A stretch of 64,000 nt of DNA from Eledone cirrhosa (lineage: Eukaryota). Shown in pieces: positions 27,410-42,092 of the stretch. The stretch covers positions 51,956,001 to 52,020,000 of the forward strand of contig OZ024747.1 of the NCBI GenBank assembly GCA_964016885.1, given 5' to 3'. The notes under the pieces were generated by a model, which saw only the letters and a list, made by a program, of their open reading frames with translations, searched no databases and was not told the origin of the DNA. Numbering within the stretch: the first letter of the stretch is position 1; the number at the start of each line of letters is the position of its first letter. Both the position numbers and the translations under genes were made by a program.

Positions 27410-28968
27410 AGTGTGTCAGTATATGTGCGTGTTTCTGTGTGTGTGTCTCTGTGTCAGTGTGCATGTATCAGTGTGTATGTATCAGTGTGTATGTATCAGT
27501 ATGTGTCAGTATGTGTCAGTGTGTATGTATCAGTATGTATGCATCAGTATGTATGTGTCAGTGTGTATGTATCAGTGTAAATGTATCAGTATGTATGTGT
27601 CAGTATGTATGTGTCAGTGTGTATGTGTCAGTGTGTATGTGTCAGTGTGTATGTTTCAGAATGTGTCTGTGTGTGTCAGTATATATGTATCAGTGTGTAT
27701 GTGTCAGTATGTACGTGTCAGTATGTATGTATCAGTATGTATCACTGTGTCAGTATGTGTCAGTGTGTGTCAGTGTGTATGTATCAGTATGTATGTATCA
27801 GTATGTATGTGTCAGTGTGTGTGTATCAGAATGTGTCAGTGTGTGTCAGTGTGTAAGTGTCAGTATGTATGTATCAGTGTGTATGTATCAGTATGTGTCA
27901 GTATGTATGTGTCAGTGTGTATGTGTTAGTATGTGTCAGTATGTGTCAGTATGTGTCAGTGTGTCAGTATGTATGTGTCAGTGTGAGTCAGTGTGTATGG
28001 GTCAGTATGTATGTATCAGTATGGGTCAGTGTGTATGTGTCAGTATCTACGTGTCAGTATGTATGTATCAGTATGTGTCAGTGTGTATGTGTCAGTGAGT
28101 ATGTATCAATATTTTTCAGTGTGTATGTATCAGTATGTGTCAGTATGTATGTGTCAGTGTGAGTCAGTGTGTATGGGTCAGTATGTATGTATCAGTATGG
28201 GTCAGTGTGTATGTGTCAGTATCTACGTGTCAGTATGTATGTATCAGTATGTGTCAGTGTGTATGTGTCAGTGAGTATGTATCAATATTTTTCAGTGTGT
28301 ATGTATCAGTATGTGTCAGTATGTATGTGTCAGTGTGTATGTATCAGTATGTGTCAATGTGTATGTGTCAGTGTTTATGTATCAGAGTGTGTCAGTGTGT
28401 ATGTGTCAGTGTGTGTCAGTGTGTATGTATCAGTATGTGTCAGTGTGTATTACCAGTGTGTATGTATCAGTGTGTGTCAGTGTGTATGTATCAGTATGTG
28501 TCAGTGTGTATGTGTCAGTGTGTATGTATCAGTGTATATGTATCAGTATGTGTCAGTGTGTATGTATCACTATGTGTCAGTATGTATGTGTCAGTATTTA
28601 TGTATCAGTGTGTGTCAGTGTGTATGTATCAGTGTGTGTCAGTATGTGTCAGTATGTGTCAGTATGTGTCAGTGTGTATGTATCAGTATGTATCAGTGTG
28701 TATGTATCAGTATGTGTCAGTGTGTATGTATCAGTATGTGTCAGTGCATATTTATCAGTATGTGTCAGTATGTGTCAGTATGTGTCAGTGTGTATGTATC
28801 AGTATGTGTCAGTGTGTATGTGTCAGTGTGTATGTATCAGTATGTGTCAGTGTGTAGGTGTCAGTGTGTATGTGTCAGTGTGTATGTATCAGTATGTATC
28901 AGTGTGTATGTATCAGTATGTGTCAGTGTGTCAGTATCAGAATGTGTCAGTGTGCATGTGTCAGTATG
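27410..28968. repeat. Degenerate 10/14-bp satellite (GTGTCAGTAT / GTGTATGTATCAGT)
   Basis: Direct reading; internal 176-bp duplication. Confidence 0.92.
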
Positions 28969-29079
28969 TGGGAGGTTGTGTGAAATACGGCCGTTGAAAG
29001 TAATTAGGTGTGGAAATCACTGAATATTGAAATTGAATCGGGAAAACAAAGGTTTTAGTCATATATTTATTTATTTATC

Positions 29080-29626
29080 ATTGTTATTGTTGTTATTGTT
29101 GTTGTTGTTGTTGTTATTGTGGCTGCTGCTGATGTTATTGTTGTTGTTGTTGTTGTTGTTGTTATTCTGGCTGCTGTTGTTGATGTTGTTGTTGTTATTG
29201 TTGTTATTGTTGTTATTGTTGTTGTTACTGTGGCTGCTGTTGTTGTTATTGTTGCTGTTGTTGTTGTTTTTGCTGTTGTTTTTGTTATTGATGTTATTGC
29301 TGTCGTTATTGTTGCTGTTGTTGTTGCTGTTGTTATTATTGTTCTTATTGTTCTTATTGTTGTTGTTATTATTGTTGTTGCTGCTGTTTTTGTTGTTGTT
29401 ATTGTTGTTATTGTTGTTGTTATTGTTGCTGTTGTTGTTGTTATTGTTGTTGTCGTTGTTATTGTTGTTATTATTGTTGTTGTTCTTCTTTTTTATTTTT
29501 ATTATTAATTTGTTGTTGATTTTTTCTGTTGTTTTTGATTTATTTGTGTTTTAATAAATTCAAAAGTAGAAATGAAGAGAAAAAAACTCTGGTAAGAATA
29601 AATAAGATTGATAAAAATAATAAGGA

Positions 29627-29695
<69 letters not shown>

Positions 29696-29724
29696 GGGCA
29701 ACACTAGTAATAGTAGTAGTAGTG

Positions 29725-29775
<51 letters not shown>

Positions 29776-29809
29776 ATAGTAGCAGCAGTAGTAGTAGTAG
29801 CAGTAGTAC

Positions 29810-29875
<66 letters not shown>
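29080..29875. repeat. (TTG)n and (AGT)n tracts
   Basis: Direct reading. Confidence 0.95.
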
Positions 29876-29967
29876 AGACAATGATAATAATTGCTTCATC
29901 TATTGGCCACCAGTGCCGACATATAGGGGACAATACTAAGGCAGGGACAGTTGGTTTTTTTTTTACC

Positions 29968-30177
29968 AAAATGGCTGTAACTCTTTGCTGCAAAACATGG
30001 TGTCCGACTCTCTACCGATACTGCCAATAATTGTTTCTACTTTAGGCACAAGGCCAGCAATTACCCAGTGCATTACTGGTACTTTATTTTATCGACCTCG
30101 TAAGGATGAAAGGCTAAGTCAACCTCGGTGGGATTTGAACTCAGATCGTAAAGGGACTTAACTATGCTTCAAAGCAT
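29968..30177 (-). mobile_element. SINE family A pieces
   Basis: Head fragment 29968-30027 and body 30029-30177. Confidence 0.75.
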
Positions 30178-30185
30178 AATATTAA

Positions 30186-30254
30186 CGAGCTGGACCCGTA
30201 AAAATTCATGGATAATCCCTTCTCTCTAAATATATTAAAACCCCTCTCTCTCTC

Positions 30255-30291
<37 letters not shown>

Positions 30292-30782
30292 CCCTCTCTC
30301 TATATATATTTTAACCCTCCTTTCTCTATATTATAACCGTCTCTCTATATATTATAACCCCCTTCTCGCTATAAATTATAACCCATCCCTTTCTCTATAT
30401 TATAAACCCCTCTCTTTAAATATAGTATGATCCCCTCTCTATATATATATTATAACCCCCTCTATATATATATATATATTATAACCCATACCTTTCTCTA
30501 TATTATATAACCCTGTCTCTCAATATATTATAACCTTCTCTCTCTATATATTATAAACCCCTCTGTCTTTATTATAACCCTTCTCTCTCTCTCTCTCCTT
30601 TCCAAACGTTGCAACGCTCTTCGATTTTCTTTCACCGTAGATTTTCGTAGATTGTTTACCACCCCACTTCCATTGTTTTAGCACGTCTCGCGGACATCAT
30701 TCGACTTTTATTTATATTACTGAAAGTGTGACACACACGGTCGGACGTACGGTACGTAGGTATTAACGTATTAATATATAGA
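30186..30782 (-). mobile_element. Probable non-autonomous Helitron
   Basis: Minus strand starts A|TCTATATATTAAT, ends with subterminal hairpin CCATG-aattttt-ACGGG then CTCG|T; internal TATTATAACCC minisatellite. Confidence 0.5.
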
Positions 30783-32289
30783 TATGACAATGACAAAATA
30801 ACAAGAAAAATGCACAAAACAGAGTTCCCCAATAGGGGGATACCCACCCAGGGTCGACTCAGGTACACCACCAATCTTGAACCACCCGACATTTCGAGGG
30901 CACCCAAGAAAGGCAGCCCTCTCCTCCTCAAATTAACCAGCATACAGGCGCACGCATGTTCAGAGTATGCCCTACCTCGCTACAGATAGTGAACCTAAAC
31001 GTCGAGTGCTCATCTGGGTGAACCTATAGTAACTTCACCTTACACTCCCTGGATATATATATATATATACATACATACATATGTTTTAGAGCCAGCAAGA
31101 CTGGTGTTGGATGGAAGGGAGAGGGGTGGAGAGAGAGGTACCCGCAAACGTGAGACCTTGCTCAAATGCTTGCAAGAAAGTGGTTTCAGCTAAAGCTACC
31201 GAAAGGACAGGTAGTGGCGTTAAAGTATACCATATATTATATATACCCCTCGGCTATACCACATCGGGATTTGAACTCAAGGCGCAAAGAACCGGATTAT
31301 GTTCCAGAAAGCATTTCCTCCGACATATTAGCGATACCGCCAGTTCCTCGACCGGGACTTACTTTATTTTTTCGACTCTGACACAATGGATATTAAGTTG
31401 ACCTTATCGAGATGTGAACTCAGAACTCTGGTTGTCGGAAGAGAAACCGCAAGGCATTTCTTCCTCCATTTTATTACACCGTGTTACTGTTATTGTTGTT
31501 GTAGCAATAAAACAGACCAAAATTCCTTTGTTATCTTTGCTAAAGCTAAAGACAGGTGGTTCTTAAGATGGATTTGGCTGATAAGCAATGATATTCCTTG
31601 CATGATATCAGATACTTGATATAGACTCACTAACTTGTTAAGTAGATGGGGGGTATATTTCTTGATCAGCCCCACCAGCACCACTCCAACATTTCCTACA
31701 CGCTCGGTCAGTTACTCTGTTATATATCTACACTGTTTATCTCCCACTGACAGTTCATAAATTAATTGTAATAATCTGATCCCTGAAAACCCCCCTTTTG
31801 TGTTAGGATACATTTAAGCATACAATGTATTTTTTCGAAATTGACTTCACTTTCCACCAAGAAAAAGAAGATGGGGTGCAGTTAACATGGGGCTATAGTT
31901 CAATCTACATGGTTGGAATTCTAGTTCTTTTATTCTGTTCTTTTACATGTAATTGTAACATGTACACTACAAATGTGGACTTACGATCGTGGCTTCAATT
32001 CCTGTAATGGGTTACGTTTTGTGTTCTTGAACAAAACACCGCATTTTACGTTTCTCAAATATACTCAGCTGAAAATGAGTACCAGCAATAGAAGTTTAAC
32101 CCTGGTTTAACCCTGCGATAGACTGGCTTCATACCCTGTGGGAAGTCTTGTTCTCTCAGTCGCTTCATGTCATAGAAACGGGGATACGCACAGGCTTGAT
32201 GAGTCTCCGAGTTTGAGACAAAATTTAGACTTCAAATACATGATTGTACCTGTAGTAACCTATACATAAAGTTAAAGTATGTCCCAAGC

Positions 32290-32528
32290 CTAAAGAACTA
32301 TCATTAGCGTTAAACAACTGCTAGTAAAAGACTACCCTCTCACTGGACATGACGCCCGTCCATCAGAGATAGCCCCAGCGTCTGCTTGCGCACATTCTTA
32401 ACTAATTGTACTGGAGCAACATGAAATTAAGTGTCTTGCTAAAAGAAAACAACTCCCCACTTGGTTCAAGAATCCAACCCCGACATTACAACTGGAAGTC
32501 ACACTAACCACTAATCCCCACGCCTTCA
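32290..32528 (-). mobile_element. CORE-like tRNA SINE (family B), decayed
   Basis: GGAGCAAC..AAGTGTCTTGCT..AACCACT shared with 38069 and 52122. Confidence 0.6.
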
Positions 32529-32961
32529 TATAATCATACATATTTAACACTGGTTAATAAAATATCTAAAGAGCATCTTAAAATAGGGCCTATAATTCAA
32601 ACCTGTCCAGGGTATATTATAACTTTTAAAGGCTAAGATTGAACACCTGACTGGCCTCTATTGCCAGATATTCACAAAGCAGCTTACTACTATTTGTAAG
32701 TGTGAGCTACTTAATATATTTTGTGAGATGTCTAGACTATCTAAAATAACTGGCGAAAGAAAAGGTGAGACTGAGAAAAGAAAAAACGGAAAACAATTGA
32801 AGCGAGAAAATTATTTGTGAGCTCAGTCAGCCATTTTAGGGAGAATATATATATGTATATAAATATATATATTTACATACATAGGTTGTAATTTTCTTGA
32901 AGCATTATGTATGGTATAGAAAATTGTGAAGTGTGAAGGCCACGACAATGTAAAATGGACA

Positions 32962-33047
<86 letters not shown>

Positions 33048-33050
33048 TAG

Positions 33051-33119
<69 letters not shown>

Positions 33120-33120
<1 letters not shown>

Positions 33121-34314
33121 GATATATTAACAAATGGAAACTATATTATAAAACCATATTTATTTCATTATACATATTTCAAGGACACCAAGTTAAATTA
33201 TGGTGTGCTTTCATCAGATAAAATATAATATAGAGCTGTTTTATAAATAAATATTGACATACCCTTAAAGAATGCGACCATTTCTGTTGGAAGCTCCCGG
33301 ATAGTGGGGTTATAAATTTATTTATACTATTATGCAAATTAGTGTCGGATATTTTTAAATCACAGTAGATTTAAATAAGCCGTTGGGTTATGGAGAAAGA
33401 GAAAGAGAAAAAAGAGAAAAAAGAGCAAACTCTAAGAGGAAAATAAGAAAAATAAGAAAAGGAGAAAGAGAAGAAAAAAGAAAAGAAAAGAGAAAAGAGA
33501 AAGAGAAAGCTCTAAGTGATAGGTTGTTGTATTAGCTTAACTTTTGAGATGAAGTGAAAGAATAAATATTTAATGGATGAGTAATGAAGAGTAAATAAGC
33601 GTGAATGGAAAATACATAAATAATAGGGGAATTTTAACCATTGTTTAAATATGATTAAATGTTTAGTTTATCAATTAGATTATTGAGATCTATACATTAA
33701 AAATTGAGACCTATATATTATTAAAAATCTATATATTATTAAGACTATATATTATTAAAAAATCTATATATTATTAAAAGAATATATTCATATATATACA
33801 TACGCACACATAGATATATATACATATAAATATAAATATATATATATATATACACCTACACATACATACAAATACATACATACATACAATAAAGGACTTT
33901 TTAATTTAAGATATAGGAATTTTCATAAACTTATAGATTTTTCGGAGAAAATCGTAGAAAAAACGGAGAAAATCATTTCTATATAATAGCGAAACAGTGT
34001 GAAGGAAATTAAATTATTTACTTATATTAAATGTTACAAATGTTAAGATAGTAAAGGAAATTTTAGGTTATACAAACCTTATGTTATTATGTTATTTAAT
34101 AAATTATTTTATAAATTTTATATCTAATAAATCCACCTGTTATGTAATTGTGACTGTTATTATATAAGTTTGTTTATCACGAACCTTAAGAAAATCCTTA
34201 TAAACGAGTGCATTCGAATTGTATGCATATATATATACACACAATCCCCACATAGATACACATAGATGTACTTACACATACAGGTAGATATGCATCACAT
34301 ATATACATACATAG

Positions 34315-34353
<39 letters not shown>

Positions 34354-36193
34354 TATATATATATAGAAAGAGAGAGATATATAAAAATACAGTACATAGT
34401 ATAATTGAAGTACATAATATATACAATATAAAATAAAATAAAATAAAATAAAATAAAATAAAATAAAATAAAAAATAAAAATGAATTATATTACGATTTG
34501 GAAATATAATTATAAGCAATAGAACTTTAAATCAATATAATTTTTAAAAAATTATAGAATATTTCAAGATATAATTTTAAAATAAGAATATGTTTAAGAG
34601 ATTCAGTATAAACATTTAAATATTTTATATAATATTTAGTTCCCAGTATGTTTAACTTAATTTTATAGCCATAAGAAAAAGAAAGAGAAACTTTCAAAAG
34701 AGAAACTTTCAAAAATAGGAGAAACTTTCAAATAAAATATTTTCCCCTTTTAAGAGCTTTCAGTATGTTTCTCTAGAAGAATTTTTTTTTTTTATTTAGG
34801 AAAAAATGTTTTTTAACTTGAGAGTTTAAGCAGTCAAATGAAGGAATCTTATGATTTATCGATAGGTTCAATATATTAATAGAATTAATTAATTATATAT
34901 TACATTTTAAATTTATATTTAAACGTTGAGTTCAATCTATGTCTGCAGCAACTGAATAAATTGCTCCTTAGGTTCAAGGAATTTTTGGTCTTTAATATAA
35001 AAAATATTTCCTCTATACAAAGATCACAGTTTTCTGAAGAGGAGTTAAAAGGAGTAGCTTTTGAAATAATATTCCAAAGCAATGAATATTTAACGTTCTT
35101 TAATTTGAGGTCCTATAATAAGCTAGATAGAGAAGTTGAAGATTTTTTGTTTAAATGTGTAAAAGAGTTTTTATGGTTATTGAAACGAGATTTAAAATCT
35201 GTGGAAGTAGATCCTACATAATTGAATGAATTTAAATTAGTTTTTACATTACAATTATATACTATATTTTTAGATAAGCATTTGTTATTTAACGGACAGT
35301 TAGATTTATTTCTACAGTTACATTTATCAAATTGGATATTGCTGGGGTCATTAGTGGTATTTTGGTTAGGTTTTAAATTTCTATTATTAATTCTATTAAT
35401 ATTCTGCGCTAAATTTTTGGTGAATGAATAAGTTAATTTTATAGCATGTCTATTAAAAATTGAGTAATATCTATGTGTTCTAGGGAAGCATTTGTCAAGA
35501 GCTTTAAAGAATAGTTTAGCAATAGGGGTTTCAATATTTAATGAGAAAGGAGGAGCGAACCATATGTTCCTAGTTCTATTTTTTTTTTTTTGTTTTCCGA
35601 ATTTTTGTAAGGTTTTCTATTATAGTTGTTAAAATTGTTAAAATTGTTAAAATTGTTAAGATTATGGTTAGTTGTTATATAATTATTATCAATGTATTTA
35701 ATTTTATTTCTATATCCAGCTCTACCTAACGCTTCGTTGTAATAATGTACTTTATCATCAAATATATTCTTATTAGCTGAAATTCTAGAAATGCGTTGCT
35801 GTACAGAATTCACTATAGTATTTTTAACGGATCTGGGGTGATTAGAGTTAAAATTAACGTAGTTTAAGTTCCCGTTTAGTTTATGAAATGGATAATGAAG
35901 ACATGTGTTAAGGTTTAATGTTACATCTAGAAATTAACTATTTTATGGTTATTTTGTATTTCTACTTTTAGATTAAGGTAATTAAAAAATTGTATAATTT
36001 CTTTTCTTTTCCTATTTAATCCACAGTTATTATTTTCGATAAGTAATAGCATGTCGTCACGATATAAACCTCCGGTCATCTCAGGTATTTTCCTATGTAG
36101 AGAATTATTAATAAAGAGGCCCACAAGATCCGTTACCTGAGCGGAATCGGATGATCCCATAGTTATATCAAAATTATTATTTCTATCTGCTCT
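33120..36193 (-). mobile_element. Penelope-like element (Naiad-type), copy 2
   Basis: Fragmented ORF 34900-36193 (MGSSDSAQVTDLVG, GLYRDD, CDLC, SCCRH) closely similar to 531-1895; long 3' region ending in an HHR. Confidence 0.88.
33162..33224 (-). ncRNA. Type-I hammerhead in PLE 3' end
   Basis: ATTTTAT-CTGATGA-AAG.ACACCA[..]TGGTGT.CTT-GAAA-TATGTATA|ATGAAAT. Confidence 0.8.
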
Positions 36194-36677
36194 ATAAAAT
36201 TGCTAGTTTGAAGAACAGTTAGATAAAATATACCCAATTTTTCTTCACCCTAGTCCGTAGAATTCAACTAGATAAATAATCATTTAAACGGAGCTAAGTT
36301 TAAAATGTAACTGCGAAGAAATAACAGATAGATGTACAGACTATCCCCCGCGAGGAACAGTCAGATTAAATTTAGCCAGTCTTTCATCTTAGCCCGTAGA
36401 AATTAACTAGACAAATAATCAATTAAACGGAGCTAAGTCTGAAATGTATATACGTATATATGGGTTTCATTTGAATCCACTGGGTTGAAGCATTTTTCAT
36501 GCTACACTCTCTCGAAGAAATCGGATGTTGTGAAAGCTAGAATGTAATGGGCTCCTTCGTGTTTAAAATGCTCCGAAAAACTGCCATACATCTTGACAGC
36601 TCACCTACGACTCAATCAGGAGTTGTTAACCAAAAGTACGAACGAATGACAGCGTATAACTCTACATTATATTCGAG

Positions 36678-36989
36678 ATTAACTTTGCCTTTCATCCTTA
36701 CGGGGTCGATAAAATAAAGTACCAGTAATGTACTGTGTAATTGCTGGCCTTGTGCCAAAAAGTAGAAACAATTATATTATTGTTTACTGTGGATTGGCAG
36801 TATCGGTAGAGGGTCGGACGCCATGCCGTGACGCATAGAGTTACGGCCCTTGCCATTCTGTGTTCAAATCCCGCCGAGGTTAACTTTGCCTTTCATCCTT
36901 ACGGGGTCGATACAATAAAGTACCAGTTATGCACTGGGTAATTGTTGGCCTTGTGCCAAAAGTAGAAACAATTATATTATTGTTTACTG
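36678..36989 (+). mobile_element. SINE family A: partial copy plus full copy with tandemly duplicated 3' part
   Basis: A box TGGCAGTATCGG, B box GTTCAAATCC; 36678-36789 is similar to 36879-36990 including flank ATATTATTGTTTACTGT. Confidence 0.85.
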
Positions 36990-37666
36990 TTTAGTTAGGG
37001 TAAGAAGGGCAGTACCCTTTCCAGGGCTTCCAATAATGATGGCGTGTGGAAGATACCATTCTCTAATTGAAGAACTGGTATGAATATTTGTTGCAATTGC
37101 AATTCCGCTGAAGTTTTCTAATGGTGGAATTAAACTGGGTGACACATTAACTTTACCACTTATAACCATCCTTATATTATAACAATCCCTATATTCTATG
37201 CAATTCATATTATAACATAAGCAGTCATCTACAATAGGTAATGCATGATATAAATCTTTACTATTATTTGAGATGTCATATCTTTCATGCAACCGCATTA
37301 TTAAATGTGTCACAAGTTTAATGTAGTTTAGATTTATTATAGCACTCACGGATATCTCTCTTAGATCATTAGTTGATATCGTTAATAGAGACGAATATGA
37401 TTATAACACTTCTCGTTGTTTCTAATATAGTTAAATCAGTCATTACTTGACAGCATACCTTTGAATTTAATATTATTAAGGCTTATCTTTAACGATTAAT
37501 TTAAACCTCCCCTGTAGCTAATTAACTAACGCTCTTAACCAATTACGCTCGCTTCTTACATTCTCTTATTAATACGAATGTGTATAACAAATTTATCGAT
37601 TTTTCAAGATTGACTCAATAATATTGTCATTCATCATTCCAAGCATATCTAGTACTACACGAATAT

Positions 37667-37752
<86 letters not shown>

Positions 37753-37986
37753 ATTTATATATATATATATATATAAATTTGGTGGAGACGACAATTTGAA
37801 ACTAGAATACAATTGTAATACAGTGAGATAAATCACACGATCACACATGAAAATGTGACTATCTTACTAGTAGCATTAGTTCCAACCGTGTTTATAATTA
37901 AAACATTGTTCTGATACATGGATCATAGTTGATAAGCTGCCAGTGGGACAATTTGCTCGTTTTTCTTCCCAATCTCTTTCTCTCTG

Positions 37987-38017
<31 letters not shown>

Positions 38018-38068
38018 CTCTCTCTTCTCTTTTCCTATATATATATATATATATATATCTTCTTTGAG

Positions 38069-38429
<361 letters not shown>

Positions 38430-38895
38430 ATATATATACATGTATATATATGTATACATATGTAAATATATATATTTGAAAAGGGAGTAAGGTTCAATAG
38501 AAATCAGTGGTTATAGAGAAAAGGTGGAAATAGTGACACTATTGAATCCAGTCTTCTTCTCAACAAGAAAGATCAACAAACCTGCGTCAACACTTAATTT
38601 TAAATCTTTAATTTTTTTAATTCTTTTTGTTTCTTTTTAATTGTAATACTCAACATTCGATAAAATAGGTTCCACTGATACATCGAAACCGGTTATATTT
38701 TATATGCATTACAAAACATTTATTAAAAGAATTGTACCTCTCATTTTTTCAATAATGTCACTTTGACGAATCAAAGAAGAAAAAAAAGAAAAACAGATCT
38801 TTAAATATATTTTCCGTGCTATTTCTAATTCCACCTTTTCTATCTCTCTCTCTCCCTCTCTCTCTCTCACTCTCTCTGTATATATATATATATAT

Positions 38896-39075
38896 AATTG
38901 TTTCTACTTTGGGCACAAGGCCAGCAATTACCCAGTGCATTATTGGTACTTTATTTTATCGACCCCGTAAGGATGAAAGGCAAAGTTAACCTCGGCGGGA
39001 TTTGAACTCAGATCATAAGGGGAGGTAACTCTATGCTTCAAAGCATGGCGTCCGACCCTCTACCGATACTGCCAA
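38896..39075 (-). mobile_element. SINE family A, full length
   Basis: A/B boxes plus GCCTTTCATCCTTACGGGGTCGATAAAATAAAGTACC central domain. Confidence 0.88.
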
Positions 39076-39131
39076 TATATAATAAGGAGTTGACGAACCC
39101 ACCATATTTATCAATGCCACACACACACACG

Positions 39132-39178
<47 letters not shown>

Positions 39179-39180
<2 letters not shown>

Positions 39181-39374
39181 CGAAGGAAATGTGGTAAGGA
39201 ACCAGGTGGACCATAACGCACCAAAGTACTCAATACTTAGGGTAGTAGAGTGGGTATTAGGAACAAGTAAGTCCCCGACGGCTGAGCTCAAGCCGTTTCG
39301 ACGGCTAATTCTGTACTGCGTACAGAATTAGCCGTCGAAACGGCTTGAGCTCAGCCGTCGGGGTCTTACTTGTT

Positions 39375-39378
<4 letters not shown>
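39179..39378. mobile_element. Fold-back element, copy 2 of 4
   Basis: Same layout as 5704; palindrome 39258-39378. Confidence 0.85.
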
Positions 39379-39411
<33 letters not shown>

Positions 39412-39684
39412 CTATCTATATATATATATATATGAATGAAAATAGAGAAATTAATGTGAGCAAGAAGCCAACAGTATTTCATAATATATAAGTGACTATA
39501 ACGTCAAGATGGAAAATATTTAACGTAAGATATGGGAAAATAATTCAATCTTAATTCAAAAAAAGTCAAGACAGAAATTTTATCCACAGATTTTGTGAAA
39601 TACAGGGAAAAAACAAATAGAGTCTTAACTCAGAATAAAATTAAGGTTAAATACTTATCCTTCAATTTGGAAAAAACCACAAAT

Positions 39685-39765
39685 GCTCTTTATAGTCTTA
39701 AAAAGACTATTTCACGAAACTTTTCAGTGGGGTTAGTGACGGTTGGAGTCGTTCATCAGTAGAGC
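39685..39765 (-). ncRNA. Type-I hammerhead ribozyme
   Basis: GCTCTA-CTGATGA-ACGA[long loop]TCGT-GAAA-TAGTCTT[ttt]AAGACTA-TA|AAGAGC; first stem-I pair is A.A. Confidence 0.75.
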
Positions 39766-40488
39766 TCAAACACGATAACCAAAACCACTGCTAAAGTGTG
39801 CCAGAAAGGGAATTTAAAAGCAAGCTAGTACACCTCGTTTCAGCAGGCTGTTTGATTATGAGAAATCGTTATAGTGACTAATCGATAGTAGGTAGTTATA
39901 TATATATATATATGTGTGTGTATTGTTATACATTGGGAGGGTCATGCTGCCAATAAAAAGACGCGCACCTATATGTATAAATGTGTGTGGGTGTGTGTAC
40001 ATAGGCACGTAGGTAATCTCTCGTTCTCTCTCTCTATCTATCTCACTGCTTGTCCTTGCCTTTTCTTTTTTATATTCTCTCTCTGGATCTTTCTTAATTG
40101 TTCTATCATTATATATACTTTGGGAGGGTCATGCTGCTAATAAAAACACACGCACCGGTTGGTTTTAACTTCAATTTATTATAAATTTGCGGCTGATTGG
40201 TTGGTTGGTTGGTTGGTTGGTTTGATAACCGGATGTTTGTTTATATATTGTCAAAGCTCTTTCGTGACACATTCTGTGACCTCCTCAGTGACTGAGTTTT
40301 TATTTTCTTTCTCATTTGTTCTGTCCTATCTTGTTTTTGTGTGTTTTGTGTTGTGTGCTAGGTTTGCGACTACGTTACATCCTGGTGTGTGTGTGTGTTT
40401 TATTTGTTTATTTATTTATGTATTTATTTAGTTGTCACTAGTTGGTTGTTTGTTCTATCAGTGTGTGTCTGATTTGTTTCATTAGTTT

Positions 40489-40614
<126 letters not shown>

Positions 40615-41099
40615 TATATCTTCATTTTGTCCTTAATTACTAGTTGTGATGTTCCTATTCGACTCATGTTTTCTGTTTAATTTTGGTTGGAGTTCGTTTG
40701 TGTTTGTCACCTCTGTAATTTGTCTGAGAATTGCATCTTTTCTGTGTGTGGATATAATTTTTATCTCTATGTGACCCTACGTTCTATTTTGGCATGTTGG
40801 GGGAATACTGATGAGTTTTTCCCATCTTGGAGCTTTCGCCAGGATTCACTTATTCTTTCTCCTGTGCTGCAGGCTGTTTCACCTATGTTACGTTGTTTTC
40901 TTATTCCTACACCTTCCTCCAGTACATCCTAAGCTTTATACTACGTTCCTATTTTTACAGTTAGTTTTATGGGCTTAGCTTGTAGACTATGCATTTCCTA
41001 TCAGTGCATGGGGATTCTTTGGAATGGATATGTTTTACTAAGAACAGTTTAACAGAAGGCCGGACTGGACAATTTACTTTAGAATTTTAATCCCGCGAA

Positions 41100-41850
41100 A
41101 GGTAGATAGTATCGCGATCTTCATAGGTAGATAGTATCGCGATGACATCTTTGGACAGCTGCTGATGACATGGGTGACATCTTCGATGTTAATTCTGCAG
41201 AGTCTGCACTTGTTATCATATCAAAGTGTTTTGCCTGGATCCCTATCTCTTTTGTGAATCAGGTATTTCGTGTGGATTTCCTGTTCTTGGATTGTAAAAA
41301 CGTATCCTTCAAATGGGAGCCAATATAGCGGTTGTTGGTCCAAGATAGACTATTTTCTGTATCTATATTACTCTCACTCTGGGGCTTCCTGGCAACATAT
41401 CCATGCATGATTTTTCGCTGATAAGCATGCAGTTTTTCATCCATGGATTCATTGCGATACTGCTGAGCGACTTCCCTGGGTGTGACTTTTTGATTATCAC
41501 ACAGAGAATATCTCTCGAGGGGTTCCTTCACAACTCTCATGATCTTATCTGTTTCATGCAGATGGACTTGCTCGAGATACGGGCTCCTACGCTTCGAGGT
41601 TCGTAGATGTTGTCGGAGAGATATGATGCGACATTCAAATGCTGTCTGGACTGATGTTAGGCCTCTGCCTCCCTGCTTACGTATCAAGCAAAGGCGGTCT
41701 GGTCTATGTCACTGTTGATGAGGAAGTTTCCAGTGTTGTTTAGTATTTTTCCAGTTCTAACATCAACTGCTCGGATTTCGTCTATCGTACACTTGAGTAT
41801 TCCAGACGTTGGTGTTAGGACAGGCACAGCAAACAGATTCTGAGCCACTG
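41100..41850 (-). pseudogene. Fragment of the second R4/Dong-like family
   Basis: Collinear with 16190-16910 (RKQGGRGLTSVQTAFECRIISL). Confidence 0.85.
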
Positions 41851-42092
41851 TTATGTATGTATGTATGTATGTATGTATGTATGTATGTATGTATGTATGT
41901 ATGTATGTATGTATGTATGTATGCGTGTATGCATGTTTGTAGTCAGGTACCTATGTATTTATTTATGTATATATATATGTATGTATCTGTATGTATGTAC
42001 GCATGTATGTATGTATGCATGTATCTTTGCATGCATGTGTATATGTACGTATGTATGTATGTATGTATGTATCTATGTATGTATGTATGTAT

